A stretch of DNA of 64,000 nt from Nemertoderma westbladi (Eukaryota; Animalia; Xenacoelomorpha): the NCBI GenBank assembly GCA_032718475.1, contig JAUCBJ010001307.1, forward strand, positions 1-64,000, given 5' to 3'. Position numbers and translations under genes: made by a program. The notes below the pieces were generated by a model. That model saw only the letters and a list, made by a program, of their open reading frames with translations. It was not told the origin of the DNA and ran no database searches. This document shows positions 47,028-60,487 of the stretch, piece after piece. Each line of letters starts with the position of its first letter. Within the stretch, counting starts at the first letter, position 1.

Positions 47028-48046
47028 TGGCTGAGGCCAATGTAGAACTGGTTGGAGGTATCAGCGGTGGGAGGCCTCATTACGAAATTACGGAGAGGCA
47101 GTTGCACTATTTACAGAATATTGGATTCTCTCGAAGAGATACGGCACGCATTTTGGATGTTAGCGAACGAACTATTTCAAGGCATTGTAAACAATATGGA
47201 CTGAATAATAATAAATACTCTGATATAGATAATGTCAACCTTGATAAAGCTATACGACATATATTGAGCAATACGGCGAGGTATATTTGAAAGGTGGTTT
47301 ACGGGCAGTTGGTATACATGTTCAACGACAGAGACTACGTGAAAGACGAGACATTATCGATCCAATTGGAAACTGCTTTACAAAACTTCCTCTCTGCGGT
47401 AGATAACTATGGCTTGCCTAGTCGTGTAAGAGGAGATTTGGGAATAGAAAACGTTGACTTGGCCAGGTATATGTTAGTTAATCGAGGGTTAAATAGGGGA
47501 AGCTATATTGGAGGTAAAAGCGCCCATAACCAGCGCATTGAGCGTCTATGGTCAGACGTAAATCGTACAGTTACTAGGTTCTATAAGGCCATCTTCATTC
47601 ATTTAGAGGAAGATAATGCCTTAGACATTCATAACGAAATTAATATGTTTATCTTACACTTTGTTTTCGAACCACGTAGTAACCAATCTCTATGTCAGTT
47701 ACTTGGTGAATTAAACAATCACAATCTTAGTACCAAACGTAACCAATCCCCAATACAGCTTTGGACCGAGAGTTGTATCGTCAATCGATTAAACGACGAT
47801 GAGCTTCCATCGCATGAGATAGAGCATTATGGAATAGACGGCAATCCCGTGATAAATGAAACTACCGGTACTGGAGTTCTGGATGGCAACAACGGTATAG
47901 TGGTACCTGAAATAAACTTTCAGCCGAACAATGAGTTGTTACAGATGTTACAGAACTTTAACCCACTTCAAGATGACGGTTATTTTGGAATTGAGACATA
48001 CAAAGAAATTGTACGTACCCTTACTTATGGTGACTTAGTATTATAG
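47028..48046 (+). pseudogene. IS3EU-like DDE transposase (HTH plus integrase core), internally deleted and frameshifted
   Basis: ARILDVSERTISRH HTH; [15 protein letters not shown]; [13 protein letters not shown]; the segment with the first catalytic Asp appears missing at ~47368. Confidence 0.8.
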
Positions 48047-48469
48047 AATATTGTTCTAAATATATTCGATGTGATAGTCGCATCGCAGGTTTATCTATTT
48101 TGGTTATTTCTGGTTATATTATGCTATATTTAACTGTTTGTTTACATTAAAAAAATATCCTGTCCAGATTGTGGAACAGATGACACAAACTGGCACCAAC
48201 ATACCAACTGACATACCATACATAGACTTTTTTCTAACTCCATTGCCATGGAAACCAGATTTTTTCCCAGATATTAACTTCGTGGATGGGACAGGGGGCA
48301 ATTGCTCCCCAGCAAATTTCTACAGGCACCATGTCTTGGAATATATGGAGGGTGCCAGAAATACGTGTACCAAATGTCAAGTAAATTTCTAACAGGCCGG
48401 TCGTGACTTTGCACACACATCGCAAATTATGCGAGGAATCAGAGTTGGTTTACAAATTGAATCCATCCC

Positions 48470-48830
48470 TGTACAACTGCTATCCATCCCCGCTGCATCA
48501 ATATTTATCCCCACTTCACCACTATCTACTCCCACACCACCACTATCCATTCCCACTCCACCAATATCTATTCCCACTCCACTAATATCTATTCCCATTC
48601 CCACTCTATCTATTCCCATTCCCACTCTATCTATTCCCACAACACCACTATCCATTCCCACTCCACCGATATCAATCCCTACTCCACCACTATATATTTC
48701 CACACAACTGCTCTCCATTCCCGCTATGCTGCCACCACCACCGCTATCCAACCCCATTCCAGCGATCTCAATCTTCGTTCCTCTACTATCCAACTTCCCG
48801 ATATCTTTACCTGCCTCACCACTGTCCACT
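48470..48830. repeat. 21-bp tandem repeat (ctatccattcccactccacca)
   Basis: Gives (SIPTPPL)n and (GMDSGGV)n translations. Confidence 0.85.
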
Positions 48831-49379
48831 ATATCCTGACATAAAAAGTACATTAACTTCCTTCCACATCCCTGGAAGCGGCTATAAACGGTTTGGCCAT
48901 TTATCTCATTTTCCATAGATAAATGTTGGAATTGAAGGCATGTCACTAACTAAGCACACTCAATGGTATGTATGTATGGTAGCACTGATAGTTATCAATG
49001 CAATGGTAGCAATCATTTTTGGCTTCAGTAATAACCCTGCAGGAGTTTCAATAAAGCATAAGGGAAACTTTTGATTGATGCCATTATTATAACCTGACAA
49101 TCAAAAGTGCCATTTCGGGAGATTTGACTACCATGGATCATTTCAATTGATAAAAACAAAGCAAACAGTTAATTAACTGTATCCGTGAAGTGAAGCTCAA
49201 ATTGTAAATTATACTACATATTCCACTCTGATTACTGACTGACACAGCCTGCTCAACCGCAGATATGTTGTAAGTACTGATAGCAATATTCAATAGATTG
49301 TAAATTGGGCTGTAATTTGAAGAGCTGGTCTTGCTATGCTTCAGTTCTTACATGTGTATATGCTATTATGCTAAATTAA

Positions 49380-50210
49380 TTGTCAATCATCAACTGTGCC
49401 GCGAGGAAGAATAGAAATTGCAAAACCGATTGGAGGCAGGTCTTTTGTTCAACGGATGATTTCTTCACAGTACCTCTGCGCAGGTCTGGTAGTTGCTCCT
49501 TAACAGCAACTACCAGATCGAGAAGGACTTGCTTCTGTGTGCCAATAGCAGTAAGCACACACAAGTTACATTAGTGATGATGGGGTTGATAATGATACTC
49601 CGGTGAATCTCAATGAAACCATTGTTGCACATGTTCACTGCATGTTGTTCAGTCAGGGGTTCCGATTATCAGACAGTTGGGTTGTCAGAGTCATGTCAAA
49701 TGTTGGGTCTCCCAACATGTCATGTCAGCATGTCAGTCGAAGGTCAAAGTGGCATAATGAACTATTGGTGTTATGGATCAATGAGTCGTTTCATATTATT
49801 ATAACTTTTTTTTGCAAAGTCGGTAATGACGTCCAGGTGGGATCGAATGGGTGACCTCAGGTTTGGATCCGGAGGTCAGGAAACTGAAGAATACATGCTA
49901 ATCCACTCCATCGGTAGCTGCTGTAGATTGCGGTAGAAATTTTCCACCTCTACTGGGGTAACAACCTTTACTAGTTGGAGAGTAAAACACAATCAGAACC
50001 ACCTTAAGAAACTTTTAGTGAGTTCCCCAGAACATGAGAAATGACAATGGATGATGCGGTTAGAGATTTGGTCTATATTGTCCAATGTTTTGCATGTGCA
50101 GTTGGATTCATCAATAGACCAATTCTACCACTCCCACGACCATCTGCTGATGCGAGGCCAAGTCGCCAACCGCCCCCCATGTCCTTAATCAGACCTAATC
50201 TGTCTGTCCA
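49380..50210 (-). mobile_element. RTE family A endonuclease fragment, containing a partial SINE at ~49794-49868
   Basis: Reverse complement of ~49905-50195 matches 13115-13400. Confidence 0.8.
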
Positions 50211-51373
50211 ATTCGCATTCAGTGCTCTTAAATTCCCACAACGCTAAAGACATCAATTGGTGCTTGGGATTGGTTAATAAACTATTATTTGATTGGATGT
50301 TGAAATCATGTAAGGAATGGAGATAGAGGTCGAACTAGAGTAAGGGTTTTTTTCACTTAGGAGGCAGGTAGAGACAAAAGTGTTCCAAATGCTGTAAGGA
50401 ATGGAGAAAATGGGTGAAATCATGTTTAAGGGTTATTATACCAACAGTATTAGAAGAGTAGGCTAGCAGCAGCAGGTGACATTAGCCTAGTCATTAGGCC
50501 TATAATAGAACATTGTTGTTATGGTTTATGTGTTATGGAGGTATTATGCGTATGCTAAAACGATTGGAACATTGACTACTAGGGTCTAGGGATACATTCC
50601 TGACGCGCTAAAAAACGCCTCAGAAATCTGTCGCTAAACATAAATGCAAATCGAACAAATGCTAAACATTATTTGAAAAATTAAGAGTTTATTTCAATGG
50701 AGCATTTATGTTTACAAATTGTGAACAAATTTCAAACGAATAAATTTCAATATTAAATACTATCAATAAAGCTACTCTATTAATTATTACAATCTTTTCT
50801 ATCAGTAAAATCAAGGAGAATGCTCTGTAAAACGATTCCTTGTACAACGTTATTTCCACTCTGAATTATGTAGCCATATTGTATATTGCTATTCGTATAT
50901 ATATATATTGTTACATGATAATGAACCGATTTAAAGGCAGATAATCTTTACATGATTTCACACAATTTCTCCATTCCTTACTTATTCTATATAGCTCATT
51001 AACCAATCCCAGGCACAAATTCATGATGTGTTGTTCCTAGTAGTGTAAGGATTTGGAATACGCGAATATTTAATACACTGTCTGTCACTCCAACATAACA
51101 ATTCATTAATGAATAATTAACAATAATGTACCTTGTCCCAGTATTAACAATATATTTTCAAAATATTTTTTCAGTGTTTCACTATTTAAGAAAAAGTATA
51201 TTTATAAATATTAAACAATAAACTAAAGACTGTGGTGGGATCTGGCTAAAACAATTAATGGGCAGATTCAACAATAGAGAAAATTTATACAGAACTGAGA
51301 AAACTATCCTTTAATATTGAATGAACTATCTATTAGAAATTTTGGGGATCAATCTCGGTGACAATCAGCAGAA

Positions 51374-52513
51374 TTATTTACTTTGATAATTGAATAATTT
51401 TTTAAGTTTCATATAAATATAATTAAAACTATTAGTTAGAAGTCCAACAGTAGCATGTCTGAATACAGGCAGAATAAAAAGCAATAGTGTTAAGTTTATA
51501 CTTGCCTTTATATACAATGTGTAAGGATAAAATGTTTCTAAATATAGAAGAACTTCATTGTTAACTATTATGTCAATTATAGAAGTCAGATTACGATTGA
51601 CAGACCTAACATACAAACCAAATAATCGGATTTCATACGTCATTGCTGGTAACAATAGCAACACAAATGCAGACCCTTCTACAATAAATGCTGTAGTAAT
51701 ACGTTTATCATTTCTTTTTTGTTTTTTTTTTATTGCAGTTAGTTTTCCTACTCCTTTTCTTGCCCGGTTAACTAATTGTAATATTATCATTGTATTTAAG
51801 ACTAACACAAGAACCAATGGTGTTATTGTTTTGTATAGGATATTATGTAATTTTATATAATATTTATATTCTGGTGATATATATATTTCCTGACACTGGT
51901 TTATATATATTGACGTATAATAATACGAGGATGTTGCAGTAATAGCTGTCATCATAACATTGAAACAAAAGAAATTCATCAAAATCATCCTCATTGATTT
52001 TGGTGACAATATTGTATTGTAAGATGTTGAAAGGTAAACAGCTACAAAACGATCAATGCAAACAAATACCTGCATCCAGTATGACATATTTATTGGACCA
52101 TATTGCAGTAATGGTTTGAAAAGACAAACGGAAATCCTCGAAAATTCAGATTTCTTTAAATAATCAAACAGCAAATACTGTAAAAGTATGAAAATATCCA
52201 TTAGTGCCATCAATCCCATTAGAAGGCCCACATTATTTTTACGTAAATTCTTTGATGCAAGAATAGCTAATATTAATATGATATTGGAAGGCAGTCCATA
52301 GAAATATATAATATTTGGAATTATAGCAAATGAACCTTTTATTTCCGTCAAAACTGCGATATAATATTCGCAACGATCAAACAAACGTCTATCATTTGAA
52401 CACCAATATGAATATTCAGAAAGGGTAGTTTGGAAATTTGGTGATGAATCAGCTGTTGTAGTTGAAATGTTTCCATCTATGTTTGACATTGTTAAAGTAT
52501 TATTTTTTATCAT
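51374..52513 (-). CDS. Class A (rhodopsin-like) GPCR, probably peptide-receptor-like, intronless, 379 aa
   Basis: GLPSN (TM1), MALMD (TM2), C before TM3, IDRFVAV, TM5 P, basic ICL3, LLP (TM6), SIN...FR (TM7/H8); N-glycosylation sequons. Confidence 0.92.
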   Translation of the reverse strand: MIKNNTLTMSNIDGNISTTTADSSPNFQTTLSEYSYWCSNDRRLFDRCEYYIAVLTEIKGSFAIIPNIIYFYGLPSNIILILAILASKNLRKNNVGLLMGLMALMDIFILLQYLLFDYLKKSEFSRISVCLFKPLLQYGPINMSYWMQVFVCIDRFVAVYLSTSYNTILSPKSMRMILMNFFCFNVMMTAITATSSYYYTSIYINQCQEIYISPEYKYYIKLHNILYKTITPLVLVLVLNTMIILQLVNRARKGVGKLTAIKKKQKRNDKRITTAFIVEGSAFVLLLLPAMTYEIRLFGLYVRSVNRNLTSIIDIIVNNEVLLYLETFYPYTLYIKASINLTLLLFILPVFRHATVGLLTNSFNYIYMKLKKLFNYQSK

Positions 52514-53273
52514 ATATAAGAAATTTTTTATCTACTACTACAACGCACTTCGATTAATCAATCGCCTGATCGTTAATCAACCTGCACAGGATGCTGCAGG
52601 ATTGGGACAATCTCACAGTGTTTCTCTATTGAGACTGTTATAATCATAACAGGGTTGGTTAGCAATGCTGTAACCCAATCATGCGGATTTCAAGTCCTAC
52701 TGACTTGACCAAGCTAATACATCCCAGCTATTTATAGAGTAAAATCAGTGACAATATCTCTTTATGGATTATTCACATTACCATAGGCATAGGATTCTCA
52801 ATCACGGTCTGCCACATGTTAAACTTTTCAAAAAACTTACCAATAAATATTTGTATCATTGTGTGAAAAGTAGCACTTTCAAGTGTTATGACCCGAATGT
52901 AGAGTTATCTACAAATACAGGATATATCACTAATATTTGGCTATACTCATGTAGCTCATATTCTCGGTGTTTGTGCTTCTCGCCAATCACGCTGCTAATC
53001 TTCTGACACTTCGTCAGATGAACAAAGAATTGGGACTAAACACTATGCCTACGCCTACACACCTACTTCTAGGCAGGTTAGTAAAGGAGCAGTTTGCAGA
53101 GGTGGGTTGAAAGAAACCAAAACAACAAACAAAAGTTAGGGAGAAAGTCAGAGATGTATGTATATTGTATATGTCCTAAGTCCTTAGTACAATAGTTAAA
53201 TAATTTGAATTTCCCTCTTTATTGATCATGATAAAATATAAGCATTGCAAAAAATTAAAATAGTATTGGTAAG

Positions 53274-56200
53274 GAGTCATTCCATTTATAATCAACCAGA
53301 AAATTGTCAAAATGACACCAAGGTCTCCCGTTCAGACTCATATTTTGCATGCATATGAAACCAATATATAGAGAATACTATGCAAAATTTGGGCTCATTT
53401 GGTTCAGTGGTTCATGAGTTATTGCAATTTGAAAATTGTCTCTCTATGCGGCATGCGCACCGATTTGCGGCACCTCGACGTAGTATTTTTTTTGAAATTT
53501 TAGATAATATTTGTGAAAAACTACCCAACAAAATGTTTATTGGGGTTTTCGATCATGTAGATCCCGAATTTCGGGTTAAAAAAAGAAAAGTCCAATGCCT
53601 TGTTTGGTTTTCAGGAAGATAAATTTCTTTTGCGATAGGGAATTTTCAGTCAAAAAATTCATGATGTTGGTCAACTTTATTTTATTTAGGACCAAGTTAG
53701 TTCAAAAGTACCATAAATGTGTAGTAGATAGCAGAAGGATTCATTTCCGCCCCGTTTTCCAAACTTGTGCTACATCAATTTGAAAATTTGAATATTCGCG
53801 ACATGTCGCGAAAGTTCGCGACATGTCACGAAAGTTCTCGAAAGTTCACGACATGTCACGAAACCTTGTGCTCTAAGCTAAAAAAGCTGAAGTGACACTA
53901 CATTTGGCAGATAGGCCAGGCCTACTTCATAACACTTTTGCATGTTTACATCACTTCTAGGTAAGTACTGCTCTACTATTGATTAGTTTTAATAATTTAA
54001 TGTGATTAAAATAATATCATGTCGTAACTTTTTTTGATCACAAGAAAATGACAAATTCGAATCCGAAAAGATTTTTGAAAACTGATCACCCCTTCAAAAG
54101 TTATACCACTTTTAGGTTTTTTAGATAAAATGTACTTGTAAACAAGGCAGTCACTGCTTAAACGTTGGCCCGAGTAGCTTGAAAGAGCAGCCTTGGAATT
54201 CCTTGCACCTTATTGGCTGATCTTACTTTGGAGACATCTCATTGGCCAGAGTTGTTTCTGCTGGTTATAAAATCTAGTGCATAAGCTCATTCCACTTGCC
54301 TTTTTGAGCTTAATCAAAGCTGTCAAATCTCCTTTTGTGTATTGAATTGTTTTCTTATCTTTTTATATAATAATAAAGTGCGCAAATTTTAGCAAGTTTG
54401 TTTTATCCTATTTTTTATTTCCTTTATCATAGACTATCAACTAGCCAAAACAGTCCTTATTAGGACTACCAGTAAATTAGAACTATTTTTTTTGTGAATT
54501 TTAACTGTATTTTGTTTTAATTAATTGTTATTTCTTTTAATTCACTGTTGATTGAGTTCTGTGAGTAATGTCTGTATTAAATTGTTGCAATCTCGCAACA
54601 TTACTTAATGATGAAGGTGCCTGTCACAAGACAACATATAACAGGTCAAAAGCTCTTAAAAACGTGACAGAGTTGTCAGATCATAACCTGCAACTTCTAA
54701 AGTGGCGAACCGGGTTTAAAGATATACAGCTAGACTGCGATTTTAATATTTGCTTACATCATGAGTATATATATTTAGGTCCCATTTATGAAAGACAATT
54801 TAAGAAATGTTGCAACGTTTTTCAGAAGGAAAACCACGCACCTAAAGGTGATCGTGTTATTTCAATAGCAAATGCAATCCAATTGCAAAGTATGGGGTTC
54901 TCTGTAATTCCTGGATGGAAACTATGCCATCGCTGCTTAACTGAATTAAATAAACGTAACATTGAGACTGAACATGAACTGATCGAAAATGTAGAGCTTA
55001 GTGATACTGATAGTGTTTCTGCACACTCTACAGATTCAGAGATAGGTGCAATTCAAAGAAGTGAAGCTAAAGAAATTGCTCGAAAGAATCTGGATACAAT
55101 GTTGGTTGATAGTGGTTTGACACCTATTAAGCTCCATGGGAAACGAATCTTGCCCTATTCTAAATATAAATTTGAACGCACCGTCAAGTCTTTGAGGCAT
55201 TCGTTTGGAGATGCCCTTGATATCCCAAGCACTAGTTTTAGTCAAGGTGCAGTCAGTTACAGTGTTTCAGATACAGAAGTAAAAAACCTTCAAAGGGATT
55301 CTAATGATTTGAATACTTTAATGGGTGAAATAAAACTGAAAATTAATCAACCAGGTACTAAGTCTTCTGAAAAAATTAAGATGTAAACTTTGGTTCCTTC
55401 CTCCTGGTCTCAAACTCATACTGTTGATTTCTTCAATGTATCTGCTCATCAGGTTAAACAAGCTCGAAAGCTGCATGTTGAATCAGGCATACTTTCAGTC
55501 CCCCAATACAAACTTAGAAATGTAATATCACAAAATTCAAAAGATACAGTAATTGAATTTTATCAGGATGACAGGTTCTCTCGTATTTTACCAGGAGTAA
55601 AGGATGTTGTTAGTATTAGAAGGGGTGAACAATATGAGCAGAAAAGACTCATTTTAAACACCCTCAAGGAGTTATTTGTTGAGTTTAAGAATCAAAACCC
55701 CCACACCAAAGTTGGGTTTTCAAGTTTCTGCTCTCTGCGTCCTAAGTGGTGTGTACTGCCAGGTGCTTCAGGAACACATTCTGTGTGTGTGTGTACCTAC
55801 CACCAAAATGCCAAGCTTTTGGCATCAAAGACTAATCTCACATATAAGGAAATGATTGCAATGACTGTATGTGATACAAATAATAAAGAATGTATGCTTC
55901 AAAGATGTCAGGTTTGCCCTGGGATTGAACAACTTGTATCACATTTAAGAACTGAATTTAGTGACAACCTTGATGATCAGATAATTTTTCAACAATGGCA
56001 GACAACTGATCGATCTACACTAATATCACAAGCCACAACAATTAATGAATACATTGATATCGTTTCACAGTCAATAAAGAAACTAACACCACATTCTTTC
56101 CTTGCAAAATCGCAATCACAATATCTTCGCAAATTAAAGAGCGAGATCAAACCCAGCTATGTAATAGCTATTGGGGATTTCTCAGAGAATTATACATTCG

Positions 56201-57900
56201 TCATTCAGGACGAAATACAAAGCTACCACTGGTCGCAAATGTATTGCACCTTACATCCATTCGTGTTATACTTCTACAAAGAAGGTGCTGACAATCATTT
56301 AGGCTCTACTTCACTTTGCTACCTATCAGAAGATTCTGATCACGATACAAGTTTTGTTTACAAGATGCAGGAGCATCTTTGTTCATATATAAGGGAAGAA
56401 TTTCCCCTTGTTAGCCACATACATTATTATTCTGATGGCTGTGGAGGCCAATACAAAAATTGCAAAAATTTTCTCAACCTAACTTTACATAAACATGACT
56501 TTAAGATAGCTGCATCTTGGAACTTTTTTGCAACCAGCCATGGCAAGTCTGCATGTGATGGAATTGGAGGTACTGTAAAGCGACTTGCTGCTTCGGAAAG
56601 TCTTCGTAGACCACTTTCCAATCAGATTCTTACAGTTGCTGCTCTTTTCAAATTTTGCACAGATTCAATTACTGGTATAAAGTTTTACACCATTTCGAAA
56701 GAAGAATTGAAGACTACACGAGAAAAATTGAAAGAGCGATATGAGTTGGCCACAACTGTACCAGGTACACTCAGTTTTCACCAGTTTGTTCCATTAGAGG
56801 ATCAGCATCTAGCAATAGCTTATAAAAGATGCAGTGAAGATGAAAGTTTTACAAATTCCTATAATTTTTCTAAAAAATATTCATATAATATGAATTATCA
56901 AGCGAATGATTACGTGGCTGGTAAATATGACGATTTGTGGTGGGTGGGTCTTGTTAAAAATGTGAACGATGTTGAATTGGAAGCATCGGTAACATTCATG
57001 CACCCAAGCGGACCTTCAAAGAGCTTCTTTTGGCCTCGTAGAATTGATGAGTGCCTTATTCCATTGAATGACATGATCTGCAGGATAGATGTTCCTTCGG
57101 CATCTTCAATATCAGGGCGATCCTACTCTCTGTCAAAACAAGATGAAACTAATGTCATAGAAAGCTTTCAAAAGATGTTAAGAAAATAGGAAAGAAAATT
57201 ACATGGACGGTGAATTTTAGTCTTCATGACATGTCACGAATATACAAATTTTAAAACTTCTCAATAGTAGAGCAGTACTTAGCTAGAAGTGATGTAAACA
57301 TGCAAAACTGTTATGAAGTAGACCTATCAGCCAAATGTCACTTCAGCTTTTTTAGCTTAGAGCATGAGCTTTCGCGACATGTCGCGATGTCGCGAATATT
57401 CAAATTGATGTAGCACAAGTTTGGAAAACGGGGCGGGGATGAATCCTTTTGCTATCTATTACACATTGATGGTATTTTTAAACTAACTTGGTCCCAAAGA
57501 AAATAAAGTTAACCAACATCATGAATTTTTTGACTGAAAATACCCTATAGCGAATGAAATTTATCTTGCTGAAAACCAAACAAGGCATTGGAATTTACTA
57601 TTTTTAACCCAAAATTCGGGATCTACATGGTCGAAAACCCCCCATAAACATTTTGTTGGGTAGTTTTTCACAAATGTTATCTAAAATTAAAAAAAAAGTA
57701 CTATGTCGAGGAGCCGCAAATCGGTGCGCATGCCGCATAGAGAGCCAATTTTCAAATTGCAATAACTCATGAACCACTGAACTTCATGAGCTCAAATTTT
57801 GCATGGTACCATCGTTTACCAATCCCTTCGATCCCTCAAAAAATTGAATCAATCTGAGGACATGGGTTCACCACCTGGTTGATTATAAATGGAATGACTC
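53274..57900 (+). mobile_element. Sola2 DNA transposon, full length
   Basis: 5'-GAG...CTC-3' termini, TIRs ~53274-53981 and 57261-57900, 4-bp TSD taag at 53270-53273 and 57901-57904. Confidence 0.88.
54568..57189 (+). pseudogene. Sola2 transposase (~870 aa) with one in-frame stop at 55384-55386
   Basis: ORFs 54568 and 55390 are in the same frame; DFSENY, SDGCGGQYKN and HGKSACDGIGGTVKR DDD motifs; CVCTYH Zn motif. Confidence 0.88.
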
Positions 57901-58536
57901 TAAGTGGGGTTCGAAATAATATAACAAATTAAATCTGTAGCTGCAGTATCCGAAAATATTGGTTAATTTTTTCAGTGAATGACATTTTGTCAATGTTGGA
58001 TTAGATTTTTTCAAAACATATAATGTAGTGATATAATGTAATGCATAATATTCAAATTAAAGCTAATTTCAATGTGAATCGAGCAGTGCCTTTGTTTTTT
58101 TGATGCAGTGCCCAGGCGTCCAGTTTTTGATGCCGATTTTATACAGGACCGCAATAAACAAGTTATCGTCAAAATTGTAGAACAATGCCTTATATTGGTA
58201 GGGTGTAAGAGGTCACTTAATCAAGTTCAATTATTTGAAATTTTAACACAGTCATTAGTGTTTACTTCGACAGAAATTAAGGGGGTCTGGTGTGCATTGT
58301 AAAATATGGAATTTTTATTTTCTTCATTTAAAAATGAAACGGTCTAGTGTAGGTGTAGGCGTAGCTTCTACCTTTACCCCCCAAAAAATTAGCCAATGCC
58401 TATCTATATCCCCAGTAACCGAATATAATTGCACCAATCAACTCTTGCCAATAATCCAAACAGCCATCTGACCTTAAAACATGGAAACCATATATACTAA
58501 AATAACTGCTGTTACCAGCCCCTAATGACATTAGAC

Positions 58537-58768
58537 TAGAAAATGGGTGTAAACGCTACGCCAACAACCGACAGCCAACAACCACTGCCAACAACAGTAC
58601 AAATGAAAATGTAACCGAGTTCGTGACTCTCGTTTATTGTTTTGGTTAGAATAATCTTACGCTGTAACCTGTTCCTTTCCCTCAATTAATAATTAACATT
58701 GATTAGCTTTAATAATGGGTGTCGATGTTGGCTGTCGGTTGTCGGCGTAGCGTTTTCACCCCTAGAAA
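58537..58768. mobile_element. Small MITE-like inverted-repeat element
   Basis: aaacgctacgccaacaaccgacagccaaca / tgttggctgtcggttgtcggcgtagcgttt. Confidence 0.6.
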
Positions 58769-59249
58769 ACAATGAAATGTCACCACTACCATGTTGTACA
58801 AGCCTTTTTAAAGGGTTGCCTCATTTGCATATAACACAAACCACACTGGCTACCATAAAATCAGGCCATACACCGTTTGGCTCACAGCCAAACGGTGTCA
58901 AAGCTATCGATTTTGTGGATCTATTACTGCATTCTCAGGAGAGTTTATGATAGATACTCAATTCCTGGAGGTTTATCCCCTGACCTATATTATAACCTCG
59001 CAATGCTATAATTATCATAATCTACAGTTCATAGTACTACCAACTGGAATATCTTATATTGAAGATTTATACCAGATTGTCTTCTTTGGAAGTGTTATAC
59101 CAAGATTCAAGGACTTCAGGATGCTCAACATAACTATCAAGAAGGTGCAAGCCAAACAGAGGGCTCCGAGTTATATGATACACAACAGAGGATCGACTCT
59201 CTAGTGTCACCTGCCACTTTACAAGGTACTTCTGATGATGGATTATTTA

Positions 59250-59725
59250 TGGCAGCAGTAGTACCAGTACTCTTATATGGGAGTCCATGCTGGGCTTAAC
59301 TGCAGAGGATACCAAATCTCTGGATGGCACTTTCACAAGAATGCTGCGCCGGGTTCATTGTGTCAAGTACAATGAACACATCTCCAATCAGACTCTATAC
59401 AACATTGGAGGTGTTCCATTAATCTCCCCTAGCTTGACACTTGAACGGAACCGCCTCCACTTTGCAGGACATGGAATACCAGCCAGTACATAAACTTGTG
59501 CTTTGGCGCCCTCCCCTCATGGAGCGAATAAGCAGGGTGGACAGCCCATGACTTTCTTGAGACGCATATTAAAGACACTGGCCTTGAAAATGAGTATCTG
59601 GCAAACGTCATGGGTGATAGGGTGTTGAGTAGGCGCAATATTGTTGACAACCCGGCACAGCATTCTTAATATATGTAATATATATAATGCAGTTGCATTG
59701 CAGCATACCGATCGTAGTTGTAGTA
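59250..59725 (+). mobile_element. RTE family A 3' fragment
   Basis: AEDTKSLDGTFTRMLRRVH identical to the 11814 ORF; degenerate (TAG)n tail. Confidence 0.9.
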
Positions 59726-60083
59726 AGAACTTACTGCTATCGAAATTATCCTTAAGTACTTAGAATATAAACTGCAGCCACTACTACAGGACTGACTGCT
59801 CGTCTTCCACCACAAACTGTGGCCTCACACCCCAAATGAGAGTCACAGATTTAATCTCACTTCTCACCCAACTTCAGTATGTCAGATTATAGATAAACCA
59901 GGTCCCCATACCATAGCAGAAATAGTTATCATATAATACTTTAATAATAAGTTACCAATATTTTATTTTTCACAAGATCTTCATGAATGAAATAGCTCCA
60001 GCAAGTCCACGACTTTGGACTTGCTAGGACTACGATGAATCTGAGCCATGGTGCAGGACTCATCCGTAATACAGACCTGAATA

Positions 60084-60227
60084 ATATTATAACTTTTTGT
60101 TGGGCACAGCTTTGTAAAGTCGGCAATGACTTCCAGGTTCGATCGAACTGGTGATCTTCAGATTGGAAATCTGATGCTCTAACAATTCAACTAACGCCTC
60201 CGGTAAATGGTAGACCTGGAAATACTA
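60084..60227 (-). mobile_element. tRNA-derived SINE copy A
   Basis: A-box-like ttagttgaattg, anticodon-arm-like tcaga-tttccaa-tctga, B-box-like agttcgatcg, AT-rich tail. Confidence 0.7.
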
Positions 60228-60338
60228 ATACCTTGTCCGCAAATTACCTCATCATGGCCTCCCATCTATCAATACCATAATCTGCTGCCACTGAATACTA
60301 TAGTTTATTATTGGTGTTATGGGTGAATGAGTGGTTTC

Positions 60339-60487
60339 ATATTATTACAACTTTTTGTTGGGAGCAGCTTTTGCAAAGTCGGCAATGACGTCCAGGTGGA
60401 ATCGAACTGGTGACCTCCGAGTTGGAAGTCTGACGCTCTAACCATTCAGCTAGCGGCTCAGGTAAAAGATAGACCTGGAAATACTAT
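60339..60487 (-). mobile_element. tRNA-derived SINE copy B
   Basis: tagctgaatgg A-box and agttcgattcc B-box; homologous to copy A; partial copy C on + at 60605-60676. Confidence 0.75.

Noticed and set aside
48100-48400. Second IS3EU gene or zinc-finger fragment (CPDCG, CTKC)
   Set aside because: Short, frameshifted and without a recognisable domain; element termini not found
60084-60487. Functional tRNA-Gly genes
   Set aside because: Acceptor stem not recoverable, copies diverged, and an unrelated body with an AT tail follows, which fits a SINE
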